Assembly: GCA_965644295.1 (NCBI GenBank)
Contig: CBFFRP010000127.1
Location: 1 to 64,000 of the forward strand
Origin: Paraphysomonas bandaiensis
Taxonomy: Eukaryota > Protista > Chrysophyceae
Direction of reading: 5' to 3'
Length of the DNA stretch: 64,000 nucleotides
This document shows positions 37,765 to 51,692 of the stretch, in pieces; position 1 is the first letter of the stretch; the number at the start of each line of letters is the position of its first letter. Position numbers and translations under genes: made by a program. The notes beneath the pieces were generated by a model. That model did no database searches. It worked only from the letters and a program-made list of their open reading frames with translations, and was not told the DNA's origin.

Positions 37765-38764
37765 TCTGGAAATGCGAGTATCAGCAGCGATGAATTGCGG
37801 GTTAATTTGATTGCCATTAATTGAATTGTAGTCAGTGATCTCTGCCTTGCCATGTGCTGTATTATACCGCATTATTTTGATGTTCCATCTTCTGGAATGA
37901 TTCGACTTACTGAGCCGTGTTAGAATGTCGTGACAATTATTGAGTTCGAACGAATAACATATTAATTGAATTTAAATTCGATTTTGCGTGATTAGTATAT
38001 CAATTCGCTTTATGCAAGTCCTTTCCACTTTTAAGGCATCTGAATTTGGCTGCTTCACGTATAAAATTTTAAAATAATTAGCCCTGTTGCGGCAAGTCCA
38101 ACTTACGCTCGACGCCTACAGAATTGCGATAGAAAAAGAATAGTGGAAGTGAACAAACAATTTCTACAATATCAAGTGAAATCCATCATGGGATAACGAC
38201 GATGTTATCACCTGATATTGTAGATAGTAGATATGATATATAATAAGTGGTGCTGATTATCAGTGGGCAATCCTTGCTATTTCTGCTTACAATTGCTAGC
38301 GGAATGCAGACGAGCAGGAATTTCATCCCTTGATTAAGTCACAATAACATTTTAAAGCAGCATCTTCGGAGTCGAAAAACGTATTACTGCAGAAGTTTGA
38401 ATAACATCTCTGTCAATGTCTGATTATTATTTAGCAATAGGCGTGTAAGAGTCAGAACTAATGTAGCAAAACAATTTAAGTGCAAAAACGTTTCAAAGTG
38501 CAATATTTACTATTTTTAAGTGATTACTAATGTTGACTGTAAGTTACCGACAGCATATATATGTCACCGAAACATGCTACTACTGCTACTACTGCTAATG
38601 TAGTAAATATAACTCTTGCAGCTTGATAATAATAATAAGTAATAAGCTTTCAGCTACACATTTTAATAAGGCCTCACTGGATGCATATAGCCACACGAAC
38701 GTGTCCCTGATTAAAGAATTTAACTATACTGAGTAATCGTTCATAATAGTATATTGTCAGTCCA

Positions 38765-40320
38765 ATGTACGTTGGACACCGCCCAAAAACAACTGGGAAC
38801 ACAGGCCCACCAAGATCCTACGGCTCACGGCACCAAAGCAAACCACACCCGGAATTAATGCCTACACCTATACGAAACCCTTGCAATGACCGCAGCCCTG
38901 ACGTTCTCTGCACCCATATGGACCGACTGTCAGGTGGTGCAAACACGAACCACCGAGGCCCTCTCATCCAGACGGCGTGCTCTCGGAACGAAGCCTCAGG
39001 GCATATTTTACGAATGCCTCGCCACAGCAAACCGTAGACAGCGCCCAATAAAATGGGTGCGCTCACATCCAGAACGTCGAACTCAAGATCAAGGCCAATG
39101 GGCCTACACTGATCATGGTATCTACATATAGCCGATACCGCCGCCAGTGGTGACTGGGCAATGATAAACAAAAACTCCTCGGAGACTCTAACTACTGCGT
39201 TGTCACAACGGATATCATTCACATGTTAGAGGAATTCCTTACCACAGGCCAATGGCACTGGAGGAGGTACGACTAATACCTACTCATAGACAACGGCTCC
39301 ATGCTCGGCGATGTTATCGACCTCAGCCACCAATGGGACCTTCATCAATACACCCTCAGGCGAGATATAACGTACGCTACAAGTTCAACGCGGGAATCAC
39401 AATACTGGACACGCACTTCGCACTCACAACTCCTCCAAACATTACATCTCCTTCCCAGACCGCATACATATGTATGGGACAAATCTTACGCGATGGGACG
39501 AAACCGGGCCAATGGCAAAAAACAGGCACAGACCACACCACAACTGCCAGATGCACAGACTGTGAGCACCCAACAGACAACATGATGGCGCACATGCTAC
39601 TCACCTGCACACATCCCGAATACGCAAAAACGCCTTCCAAACACATCAAACCCAACTTCACAAAATTCGACAGCAAAGGCCCCCACATCCATGGTTCCAT
39701 ACTGCCATTTAGAACCAACTTAGTGAAAGCAGCATGGAATCCAAACACGCCCAGGTTGAGAGATACCGGACTAGTCAACTCACCGCTACACAATTAGCCA
39801 ACGCCTTTGGGCACAACCTCCCTGTATGCACACTAGTTTCACACCCTGGAAAAATCACCACGACGCTACTATACGCCCACTATATACAAAAGAGGAATAA
39901 ACATGATTCAAAACAGAGGCAGCAGATACCACACCTCTAACACCGGAAACACAGACCTCGACTCCCGCACACTACCCGATGCACCGTACTCAGAGAACTG
40001 ACACTACTCCGGCTACTCCGAGCAACATCCACTCCCAGAACCAAATACCCCACTCGAACCCGCTCACGGTCCAGGCCTGCACATCCACTCCGGAAACAAC
40101 TACTACTTGCCATAGATAGAACTCCTAATACAAGAACTAGCCGACTTTCCGTAACTGATCTCAATTCTCACTTACACGCTACCCACTCCACTCCCCAAGT
40201 AACGTGCGGCACAGGAACACTGCCCAAAGGTAGACCAATACAAGGGACGGTTGCAGCAATGCATAAATAGTCCCGAGGTGGTTGAATTCTTTAGTAAATA
40301 GCAAATTTCATAGTTCATTA
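38765..40320 (+). mobile_element. Degenerate, 5'-truncated LINE remnant with RNase H and CCHC zinc knuckle (boundaries approximate)
   Basis: Across frameshifts: NAYTYETLAMTAAL, IWTDCQ, IKWVRSHPE, GIYI-ADTAA (RNase H E/D/H/D); CTDCEHPTDNMMAHMLLTC; strong C/A strand skew. Confidence 0.75.
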
Positions 40321-40582
40321 AACCCATAGCTACACTACTTACGAATACTAGACACAGTCGCCCTCATGTAGTAATCAGATATTGTATATCTTGAGATGAA
40401 TGCGGCACAAAAAAAAACACTTTCGGTATTGACCAATATTGATTATACTATTTCGTCAAATATTGATATCTATTAGTAAGGTATTGTAATAGATATATGA
40501 TACATAGTAATTAATAAGTATACTTGTTCATTGACCATATTGGGCAGTAGGCATCGGCTCATTGTCATATGTGATCGGCGAT

Positions 40583-41906
40583 CTATGTTTTAACGTAGGT
40601 ATCAAATGGCCAATATAGATCACATTCAATGAGGTTTATATTAGCCTTGCGATAGCACTCTACCAGTCCATCATGTGCAGCCGTCACTACAACGCCGTCG
40701 CATCCATCAGTTTTGTCACACCATTGCTGGCATTCCGATAAAGAAAAAATTCCACACGGTTCGGATGAGTCGATATCATCTGCGCCATGGTCACTCCAAC
40801 AATTCGATCCGGAGTTCAAAATGTATCCCGCGCAGCCTCCCACCTTTTCGCTGCTCTTACATGGGTTGGCACAGATAATATCATCCAATATTCGCACAAC
40901 ATCCCCGTAATGTGAATCATCTATCCATACTTGATACTGGTTGTTTTCTGTATCAGTAACATCGAAGTCTTCGTGCCCATAGTAGTCAACGTTATTTGTT
41001 CCCGCATACGCGGTAGAGTATAGAGATTCCACTCCACGAATGGCCATATACACAGATATAAGGTCCCATGAAGGACGAGATCCGTAGTTAGTCCACAACT
41101 GGTATGCCTCCTTGACCGGTCCCGATCCACACCCCTCTTGGAACCGAGATCCAGTGAGTATATTTTCCCCATTTAGAGAGAAGTACTATAAATATTGTCA
41201 GTGTCAGTCTATGGAAAACATCAACATGAAATTACTGGGCTACCTGTCGAATAGATGACGGGATGTGGTCAACTACATACTGTGCCGCCCCATCACAGTC
41301 TTCTGTCGATCCTAGCCACGGACTCCACTCACTCCCATCGGAATCTCCACAGCCAAAATTATAGCCTCCATCCATGTAGTGCACCTCACGAACTTTTGAA
41401 ACAAATAGATCATATTCAGCTTGAAGAATATTGCGAATTGCCAACGGTTCGCCGATAGAAACAACAACTACAGTGTTGTTATCTGCCCCGGACAAGGCCT
41501 TCTTATACGCAGACACTTCGTCCAGCACTTGGTCATAGTTTTGAATATCTGAAGGGTAATCCCTTTCAATAGAGGATGTGTAACTGTCTTGAGCATCCTG
41601 AGCATCATCAGAGGAGCCCCACTGACCTCTGTATCCTCCAAGTTCCAAGTCAAATCTGTCATACCAGTGATTGATGACATCCACCCCACCAATACCCTTA
41701 TAAAAGGCAGTGTTATGAATCACTGCGAGTATCTCAGCCTCTCCGATATCTTGAAAATAATTCCCTACAGCGATAGCCCCCACATCGTCCACATCGAACC
41801 CAAGATCCGTGTCGATGATGAGCTGAACTGGACTGCTACATACAAACAAACCCACAGATAGGTATATCAATACAGAAAGAGAAGACAAGTAGCAGATCAT
41901 ATTCAT
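40583..41906 (-). CDS. Secreted nucleoside-hydrolase-like protein with C-terminal Cys-rich domain, 2 exons
   Basis: Signal peptide; IIDTDLGFDVDDVGAIAV; RPSWDLISVY; C-terminal LSECQQWCDKTDGCDGVVV...CYRK (PAN/apple-like spacing). Confidence 0.8.
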
Positions 41907-42368
41907 GAGGGAAGATTAGTTGATAGAACTTTATCTCCGCTCATCAAGATTTCCTTCTATCTATCTACCATCTCCTGTGTGTATATACATACATACATAC
42001 ATACACGACTATATCTACTGCTCTGCTGCGTATGTGAAGAAGGGACTGACAGTATCCAGATACGCTGCTGGGATTCATATAGATAGAAGTATACACTGCT
42101 GCTGGTGATTGTTGTCCCCCTGTAGTTTTACACCACATCTTAATGTATGAGAATATGAGTAGAGATGTGATACTACTGTCTGCTGTATACCATATACAGT
42201 ACTCTGCTGTATATACATACTCATGCTCCTGTGTGTACATTTCTATGATGTGATGCGTGAGCTGAGTATGATATAGCGATATACACCACACCATATCGAT
42301 CCATAGACACTGTCGGTAGGAGGAGGCTGTGACTCAGGGCTATTCGTCTATTAACCTATCAGTCTGGT

Positions 42369-44872
42369 ATGGGTGGGATAGTCACCACAGAGAATGTGGA
42401 GGTGAATGTGGACCCCGCCAACAGAGACCTCATACAGGGGTACACTCGACTGGTCAGAGAACGCAAAGGCGAGGATGAGATCTATAATGAGATCAGTCAA
42501 TCATATATGAGTGTACGCAGTGATACACAGCAGAGGCTCAGCTTATCTCGACGAGCGTCCATCAGCAGCATTGCTCTTGAGCAATTATCAGTGTCATTGC
42601 GAACTGGCGCGGCGATTGAGACTTCAGATCGGGCTCGGACTAGTAGTGATGATGGAAATGAAGTAAAACAAACAGTATTTGCTAAAAAGCTTCGACCAGT
42701 TCTGAGAGTGGATGTTGATTCAGGAGAAAATAGTAGTGGACGCACATCTGCAACTCCTACACGCCAGAAGGCAACGCCGTTCAAAACTCCTCGTGTAGAA
42801 TCTCAACTTCTTAATAATGACGAGTTGGTAATGGGTACATTCAGAATAACGAAGAATGGATTGTCTGAACAATCTGCATCCAGCTATAGTGCAAACACAA
42901 TGAGTATCACCAGTCGGTCAGATTTTATAGAAATTCGGACTCTTGGATCCGGCACCGCTGGTGTTGTTGTAGAAGCTCTGCATATACCTACTTTGACTCT
43001 AGTTGCAATCAAAATGCTGACGATTGCTACAAATGAGGAGCGACACATGATCAACTCTGAGCTCTCCATCCTGCACAGCAATTTAATGAAACTGAACATT
43101 GTCAGTGATCGATTGGAAGATCTGAGTGAAGAGGACGAACATGAAACAGATACTAGCCTTAGTAACACTGAAGAAGAAAAAGGTGCACAGAAGATGGAAC
43201 GTGCCACAAGCCTGTTTGAATCGGATTGTCCGCATATTCTTGGACTATATGATGGTAAGTAGACTGAGGCCAACCAGAATTTCACCTGTATTGGTGTTAA
43301 AAGTATTTGACTGTTCATCTATTATCTAAGCTGCACAATATGAATTACTGTCAGTTATGTATTTAATTTGCATTGGTAACAGCCTTCTTGTGTCCTGTTT
43401 CCGGCATGGTCCATCTTGTGCTTGAGTATATGGATGGAGGGTCATTGCAAGATGTTGTGGACAGAGGAGGGTGTGTTGAAGAAAAGTTATTGGCTCGTTT
43501 CTCTCATCAGGTATTGTAGCGCCATATTGTTTTAATAGTTACGTATATGTTATATTCGACAACAAAAGTTTACACGTCTTGCAAACACCCTTTGTCTGTG
43601 AATTATCACAAACTGAAACTGGGCGCAGATTTTATTAGGACTTAAAAATCTTCACAACAACCGACAGCTTCACAGGTAATATTAGCTGTCCAAGATTGTT
43701 ATGTTGCGACTCCCCTTATGTAGTCATGGGTGTCAGGGATATCAAACCCGGAAATATTCTTTTGAATTGCGACGGAGTAGTAAAAATTGCTGACTTTGGA
43801 ATAGCGAAGGTCATCAGTACCAGCAATAGAGGGGGTAATAGCTTTGTGGGGACAATGAAGTACATGGTATGTATCGTATTCTATTGAATGGTTTAAGTTT
43901 GACTGATATGGTCCCGGCAGGCACCTGAGAGATTGGGAAATAATCCGTATTCATACCCTGCTGACATTTGGTCGTTTGGTCTGACGATGCTTAGTATTGC
44001 CCTTGGAAAGTTTCCAATTGATGATAGCGTCTCACAGGTAGATTGGTATATTTATGTATGAATGAAGCGCATACTGACATTCATGTTAAGCTTGATTAAA
44101 TATTTGAGACTATTCTATGTCCGTATGAAGCTAATAAATATTATGCTAGTTTTGGGACCTGGTGCAATACGTCTGCGATGAGCCAAGTCCAAGTCCGGGA
44201 GAAGGATTTTCTGATGAATTCAACGATTTTATATCGTTGTGCTTGCAAAAAGATCCACAAGATAGAGGCACGGCTGAAGAGCTTCTAGACCATGAGTTTT
44301 TGAAAAAAGGTAAGCGGTCTTCTATGGTGGATCAGTTGGACGAAGTTGACCCGGATTTCCATGAGCCTGCTGCGTCGCCCCAGCCCTCACCTATCAGCCT
44401 TGCACATTTAGCTGAAGATGTAGTTACCGAAGGAATGCCTCCTATCCTCCACGCTAATTTTAAAGGGACCAGTGAGGGAGGGTCCATGAGGAGCCACATG
44501 TCAGATATCGCCTCGGACAACGCACTGATAACATCTATTCGACTACACCACTTGGACACTATCATTACTAAGATCATCCAAAAATACACTTATGTAGATG
44601 ATTTGTGGGAATCTGGTAACATCGAAAGCATTAGATTGAGTTCACCACATGCAACAGATTCTGACGGCAATGTTGCACTAAGAAAGTCTCACAAGAGTGG
44701 GAGAAGAGGTTCCAAGAAGTCTTTTTTATTTGAGCCAATGAAGCTTTTGCCCGATTATGAAGGAAGGCGAGGTCTACTACATTGGACCCACTTTGCGAAG
44801 CAGCTTCACTTGCCTGTAGTTGCAGTTATTATGGCAGCGAAGAAAAAAATCGATGTAAAATATTTCTCCTAG
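42369..44872 (+). CDS. MAP kinase kinase (STE7-like), multi-exon
   Basis: LGSGTAGVV, VAIK, LEYMDGGSL, HRDIKPGN, ADFG, SFVGTMKYM-APER, ADIWSFG, FSDEFNDFISLCLQKDP. Confidence 0.88.
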
Positions 44873-45476
44873 AAGTGCTATATATATGAATTTTTAATGA
44901 GGGACTGTTTTGTACACTGGATGGGTTTTCATTGCCATCGTGAATGAAGTGTGATATCAGTGAATGATATTGTTTTGAAGGGAATTGATATCAAAACCAA
45001 GTTGTATAGCTTTCTTGACTAATTACAAGACGCGCACATTTCCTCCAACCATTACTTTACGTTTTGAAATTAGTGCCCTATAATAATCAATTATGAAATA
45101 GATTTGCCTTTCCTGTTTTAGAATGTACGTTAACAGTTTCCAACAATCAATTAGAGCGAAATCAGGAATGAGCTTCGACTGAAAAAGTTGATCTGGGTTG
45201 ATGAGATTTTCTGGGAAAGTCAATAATCAATAAATTACTTTCTAACCAATTTGACCCTTTCTAACTGCTCTTATTTCGGCGTGTATATGGTGTATTGCGG
45301 ATTTAGGTGAATATCTCATAACCGACATGACAGTTGGGTTAGTTGCGGAACAATACTACTCACTTCTCACTTATCCTCTTACTTTAATATATATATATCT
45401 AAAGTAAGGGCATACACAAACTGTACACTGAACACTACAATGAGTCTCTGTACACTACAATGAATATCTATTTCCA

Positions 45477-47384
45477 CTAGCTATTAGATACATCAACTTT
45501 AGATACATAGCAGTATAGTACAGGCGTACTGTCACCATAAGTTTCTCGGGTTAGTCTAACCAATTCTGAAGGAATAATGTTGTATCGAACTTGTTGGTTC
45601 ATTGGACCCCCACCCGTACACGACTTTGTATTAGTTGCATCATCTTGAATACCTATGTTTTTACAGGAGTCCAGAGATCGAAAACCCTTACCCACGGGCA
45701 CTTCACGTTGGGGTTTGCTACGTATAGGAATACCGATGAAGGTTGGAGTTTTACAGTCAGCCCGTTTTGGCAAGGCTACAAACGGAACACAAGACGTTCC
45801 TATTAAATCACAATCCAAACACTTCGAGTACACTGAAAACTCAATATAACCACCACTCACTTGATCCGAGAGAACCTCAAAGGAATATGTAACATTTGCG
45901 TTAAACATCGGGTTCGGATTATCATTCGACACTTCCGTGGATTTCTTATCATTACCCACAGATATCTTGACAAACGCATTTACATTTCGAGATATGATTC
46001 TCTTCAGTGGAGAACGCAAATTACAACATCCCAGCATATTGACAGCAATAATGTATTTTATTGTTGCGCTAGCTGAAGATCCAGAAGCTGACGGCGAGAC
46101 AGATTCTTTCCCTAAGAACTTTCCAGGGTACCAATACTTTCCCGGGTACCACGAGTCTTCCAACTGTGAATTTTGATTGTGTGAGCTGTCAGAATTCCTT
46201 TTGATGCCAAGGAACTTTCCTAAAACATACGTCATACGAGCACTGTGCCGGATGCTACAAAATATCGCACACAATATATATATTTACAGTGTGTCAGTAG
46301 AAAACACAAGGAAACACGAAACGTGTGACTTACCAGGGTACCAGGGATCAACATCAACTTCTCGACAATCTTTACTGACCTTCGAGTCAACATTATATTC
46401 TCGGATATCATAAATAGGATCAGTGTAATAGATTTTCATGGCTTCTTTTAGAGTCACGTCGTGAATACTCATAAGCTCTCGGACAACCTTCGCAAAATCC
46501 ATACCAAACATCTTTATATCTTCTTCAGAGTAGAACAATTCTTGAAATGGCATTTCTACTCGTGAGGGTATCAGAATAATGCGCACCAATGAGTCAAAGC
46601 GGACCCCCCGGTCTCTCTCCAGTGCTGTATCTGTACTGTTACTGACAGTGCTCGCGCTCCTCGAAGAAGTGTCATTGGAAGACACACTGCTGCACTCTGA
46701 TTCAAGTGGAGTGACCTGAATATGATGATCTAAGCGCTCATGTAAGCCCCCTCGTGGGGGAGTCCACAGCACTGTCTCTGCAGGCATACCATTACTAACA
46801 GATGCACTGTCATTCACCCACAGATAGGTCTCTTTACGATCACTCGATTCAGTATCATCATCCATTACAACGCCTGCTAATACTGAGCGACAACATCTTC
46901 GCCATTTAATATGACTTTTACTAGTCTTAGCCCTCATCATCAGCACATTCACACCCTCATCATGACTTTCACTTCTATTGGATTTTTTTGAAGAAAGAAA
47001 ATTACTCTTTGGATCATTGAATATTCGTATACTAACAATCACACCGAGCTCCCACTCTAGTGTAATCCCTATACGAAATTGACTTGATGTTGTTGAATTT
47101 GAAGTTGAAGATTCAGCAGGTGAGATGAGAAACCGAAATCTAGATCCACTTTTCGATGACTTCATATCAATTTGAAGTTCACCAACTTCTTCTTCAAATT
47201 TTCTGATTTGTGATTGTACTTCTCTCAGCCTATCACAGCACACTGTATACCCTGATCGATGGGACCCTATACTACAGTCTGGGGATAACAGATCTTCGAG
47301 GTTACGACACCCGCGTGTACCCTTCAGGGCATCCCAGAACACCAAAGAAGCGGACTGGGTGTCGAAACTGTACTTGGAATTCAT
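45477..47384 (-). CDS. Hypothetical protein with RVxF-like motif, WYPGK repeats and C-terminal C2 domain
   Basis: Two long same-strand ORFs; C2-like NAFVKISVG..KKSTEV...NPNPMFN...IEFSVY..LIGTSCVPF. Exon junction uncertain. Confidence 0.65.
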
Positions 47385-47862
47385 GAATCAGGATAAGTAT
47401 GTCAACGATGTCTCTGACTAAATCATAGTGAAGGGCTGTTAGATACGGCTATGTGTCGAGTAAGACAATGTCTAGATGTTAAGTGTTGTACTGTAAACTG
47501 CTGTATAGCTGTATGCTGTAGACTATGCATAGAGTATGTACCACACCCGGCCAGGGCATACACAGCGTACATATATATAACAAAGTACAGAGGAGAGAGT
47601 GGGGTTCACAGTATACATGATAATACAGTGCGTATACCCTGTGTTTGTGTTTTCATTATGGATAGCGGCGCTATCATCCACATCGCAGACCACATCACAA
47701 CATCACAGTGCAATAACACTTCGGCTGCAGGTTAGATAGGCTGGGTGGAGTATCAGCCACACCGGCATCTTACAAGCAGTTGACTGTATTTATAACCCAT
47801 CAGCAGTTATATCCATTTCTCTGTCGCGCTTGTTTCTCGGTGTTCATTAGCTGACTGATAGA

Positions 47863-48395
47863 ATGAGACACAGCGGACACCTAGATACGGTATTGGATCG
47901 TATTAACACTTCTGTAAGTCATGTTTACTCATGAATGTAACCTAATTTTAGTCATAGTCGTCAATTATTGTGTCCGGATTGTCATTTCTGTCAGTTATAT
48001 ATATGCGAAATGCTTTTTGTTCGACGTTATTCTTTGGGGCACTTGCGAATGCAGCATTTGGTAAGCTTTTAAAAATGATTGTATCAGCAGAGAGACCAAA
48101 AGAATCCAAACGACATGCTTCAACTCACGGAATGCCTTCATCTCATGCTAATTCTCTGTCGTTTTTTACTGCCTACTTAAGCCTTGCTGCATTTGAGGCG
48201 TCTTTTTCTCTCGGTTTAGTTATTTTGTCAGCAACTGTTGTATATACATGTTGTGTATGTTATTGCCGAATATACCGCACGCGAGATCATACTGTAGAGC
48301 AAGTTTTCGTGGGTTTGTGTATTGGTAGTATTTCAGGATGTCTAGTATATCTACATGTTCTACCGAAAGTTGAAGACTATGCAATGTCCATGTAA
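47863..48395 (+). CDS. PAP2-superfamily lipid phosphate / dolichyl-diphosphate phosphatase, 2 exons
   Basis: LKMIVSAERP, GMPSSHA, RIY...HTVEQVFVG; first exon MRHSGHLDTVLDRINTS followed by GTAAGT. Confidence 0.85.
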
Positions 48396-48700
48396 CTATC
48401 CCGCTTGTAATGCTATAAATATACTGTACATCTTTGGACGAGAGCTGTAGTGATTTTGGTTCTTGGAATGTTGACTATAAGCAGTGATTAGATGAGGACT
48501 CCTCGTATCATGATTCTATTGCACTTTTCTGTATTACCAAGATAGTTACAGAAATAAAAAATTACATATTCTAATAGAATACTTAGGTAGATATAGTAAG
48601 CCTAAGGGTATATATTAAGCGCTAAGTCCATACTACTCAGATCGTCCCATGAGAAGTAATAGTTCATAGTCGATTATTCCTGCTGATAATATAGAATATT

Positions 48701-49570
48701 GGGAAATATTATTCAACCATTGTTGGACTACTTAGTCACACGAATTTTGGTATAAACGTATAAACACCTAGTTTAAGTGTTTAATGATTCAACTTAGTCA
48801 ATTTTGGTGATCAATGATCAACTGTATCGTTGTTATATTCATTGATAACTCATTGTAAGTGTCTAATGTCTAGGGTACCTGCTCAGGCAAAACAACATTT
48901 TCATGGATTGAAGAGCACCTAAACAAACACTTTAAAATTAAAACTAGGATCCCTTGTCAGTGTAGTGAGTTGGCATTGAATAATTCGATCTAACTCCATA
49001 ATATACGCATACGTATAGGAAGAGAAAGGAGGTTTTGATGACACAAAGTTGATATATTAATAAAGACAGCATCGTTAAAGTCGACTACAGAGCTGCAGCA
49101 AAACATCTAGTAACATGAGGTACCTGTTGTGTAGTGGAGTTTATCAATCATACAGTAGTAATATGAGGTGCCTGTCGTGTACTTACGCATTCTAATATAG
49201 TACTGATCACTTTATTCTAGTTGTCCTATTATATATATATATTTTTTGTACCGGATATCTCTTACAATATCAAGCGCTTAACCTATATCTCTTGCGGTAT
49301 GTGCAATACATGTATAGCTTTTTCTATATACCTTAATTGTGTTTTCGGAACATTAATGTGAAGCACATGTCAGCTGAGACCTGCAAGGACATGCACCCGG
49401 CCTCGCAATTTAGCAAGGGCCCTCATCAACAATTAATCCGTCGATGTCATTACCCTTGGGCATTGTAAACTGAAAAAGAATTTTCCACTATTGTGTGACA
49501 GGTTTTTACACTAATTTTGGTGTGACTAAGAAAGTACACTGAATTGACTAGGTTCGATACAATAGATTCC
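48701..49570. mobile_element. Older, diverged copy of the 26664-27595 MULE family
   Basis: Starts GGGAAATATTATTCAACC, ends TGACTAGGTTCGATACAATAGATTCC; internal AAAGGAGGTTTT...CAGCATC segment is homologous; no intact TSD. Confidence 0.7.
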
Positions 49571-50215
49571 GATAATTAACTCATGAGCTTATCAAAGTAA
49601 ACAAGCATCGCTTTAAGTTAGTTCTTGTACTACTGATTCTTTTTTAAGGCATCTAATGCATTACAAGAAGAACCACTTTGTTGCTATTTTCAAGAAATAT
49701 TTTGTCAAAATTGCAACGAGGCAGGATGGCGTAGCAATTAATTGTCATGTAAGTAGTGTAGGGTGTAGGTTGTAGTCAATTATTACTTGCTGTTCCAATT
49801 ACTAAACTACGAACGTACAAAAACTATACATTAGCAGCACTCAACTGACTATATACACAATGTTGACATTCTGAACAAGTCCTTCACTGCAAGTTGCTAG
49901 AAAAACTGATAGATTTTTATAGATTCACTTCAAGCAGTACTCTCTTTTACCTAATGCACTTATAGTATAAAATGTCATCGTAGAAAGACACTACGACTCT
50001 ACAGAGTTCAGAGTACGACTAATTTAGAAATATATAATACTATTGAAATTTATAGTGTAAAAATGATATTATCTATTTTTAATGTAATGCATATAAATAA
50101 CCAGGTAAAAGTGGTTAATTCTTCCCTTCTGTTGTTGGAGAGAAACATTCAAGACAACATCATACAACATAGTATATGTATATAGTATATATATTTTTGT
50201 TGCATTAATTATACA

Positions 50216-50359
50216 CAGGGCCTGGTACCTGTTAATAGTAATGGCAATTAATGGACCATAATGGTAATGCCATTATAATTGGCGGGACATTCTTCATTAA
50301 TGCCATTATAATTCCCGGAAATTGGACTACCATTAATGGTTACCAGTCACCAGGCCCTG
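50216..50359. mobile_element. 144-bp hAT-like MITE
   Basis: 11-bp TIR CAGGGCCTGGT/ACCAGGCCCTG; repeated TAATGG/CCATTA motifs; TSD not preserved. Confidence 0.6.
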
Positions 50360-50675
50360 ATATTCCTGATAATACACAGTTAATTACTTATGATAAATAA
50401 TTCGACAGGCAATGAAGTATGCAACATTGTTGACTCAAAATAATTGTAATTTGTAATAAACATATTAATTATTGAGCAAGATTTGTCCATTAGAGTCTAA
50501 ACGGAATCTAGTTTGGCAACGTGTGTGTATCTTCTGTAGTACCCTCATGAGGATAGCACTTAGCTACTGTACAAGTAATGCCAAACAGGGAAGATAAAAT
50601 AGGGTCATATCGTAGTTTATGCTTCCAACTACTTCACGATAACTACTATGGAGATGCTCATCTAATTCATGTAAA

Positions 50676-51692
50676 TTAGGACATATCTCCTCCAACTCGG
50701 CGCAGGGCATCGGGAATATCATTGAAGTATCTGTGGACATACACATAAAAAGGAAAACTGAGGATGTCTGACTTTAGGTGTACCTGTGTTCACGTGCATC
50801 TTGCGCAGTAATTCGACGAGTGGGATCATATGTCAGCAGCGCACCTAGAAGCTCTACTCCGACCTCATCAAGATTAGGTACGACGGCGTTCAGTGAACTA
50901 GGAGGGGAATACGAAGGGAAGTTACCGCGCCACTCCGGGAGCTGAGAGACGCCCGGAAAAGTAGCTTCTGTGGGGGTACCCAAGTGACGAAATATCGTAT
51001 CCAATTGCGTTTTCTCAGAAGTGCCAGTAAAAAGCGGGGCCCCATTTACCATTTCTGCAAAGATACATCCTATGCTCCACATATCCACTGGAGTTGAGTA
51101 GTGCCGTGAGCCAAGAAGGACATCAGGGGCGCGGTACCATAGTGTCACAACCTCATGGGTATAACTCCTTACTGGAATACCAAACGCACGTGCAAGACCG
51201 AAGTCAGCTAACTTCAGTTCTCCTTCGCGGTTGATCAGCAGATTTTGAGGCTTAAGATCTCTATGAAGTACTCTATGATGGTGGCAGTATGCAACACCGG
51301 TTATCAGCTGGAATAAAAATGATTTCAATATTGTCGGATTAAGACCACCTTCGCACACATCTAAGTACTTCTTCAAATCTTGATCTAAATATTCAAACAC
51401 AAGAGTAAGCTTTCTTTCTGTGTGTACTACGTCAAAAAGGCGGACAATATTTGGGTGTCGCAACTCCTTCAGCAATGAAATTTCTCGAATCGCTGTTGAC
51501 GGAATTCCTACACGCAAACTCATTAGACCCAAAATCAGGACTACATTTGAAGCATTGAGGATCACCTTCATCCTCGGCTTCTAATCTTATTCTTTTCAAA
51601 GCAATTATTTGACCCGATACACGGTCTTTAGCTTTATATACTATTCCATAAGTGCCTTCTCCTATTTTTTCTAATTTTTGATATCTCTCCAT
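50676..51692 (-). CDS. CDKA: Cyclin-dependent kinase, PSTAIRE type, 3 exons
   Basis: [58 protein letters not shown]. Confidence 0.95.
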
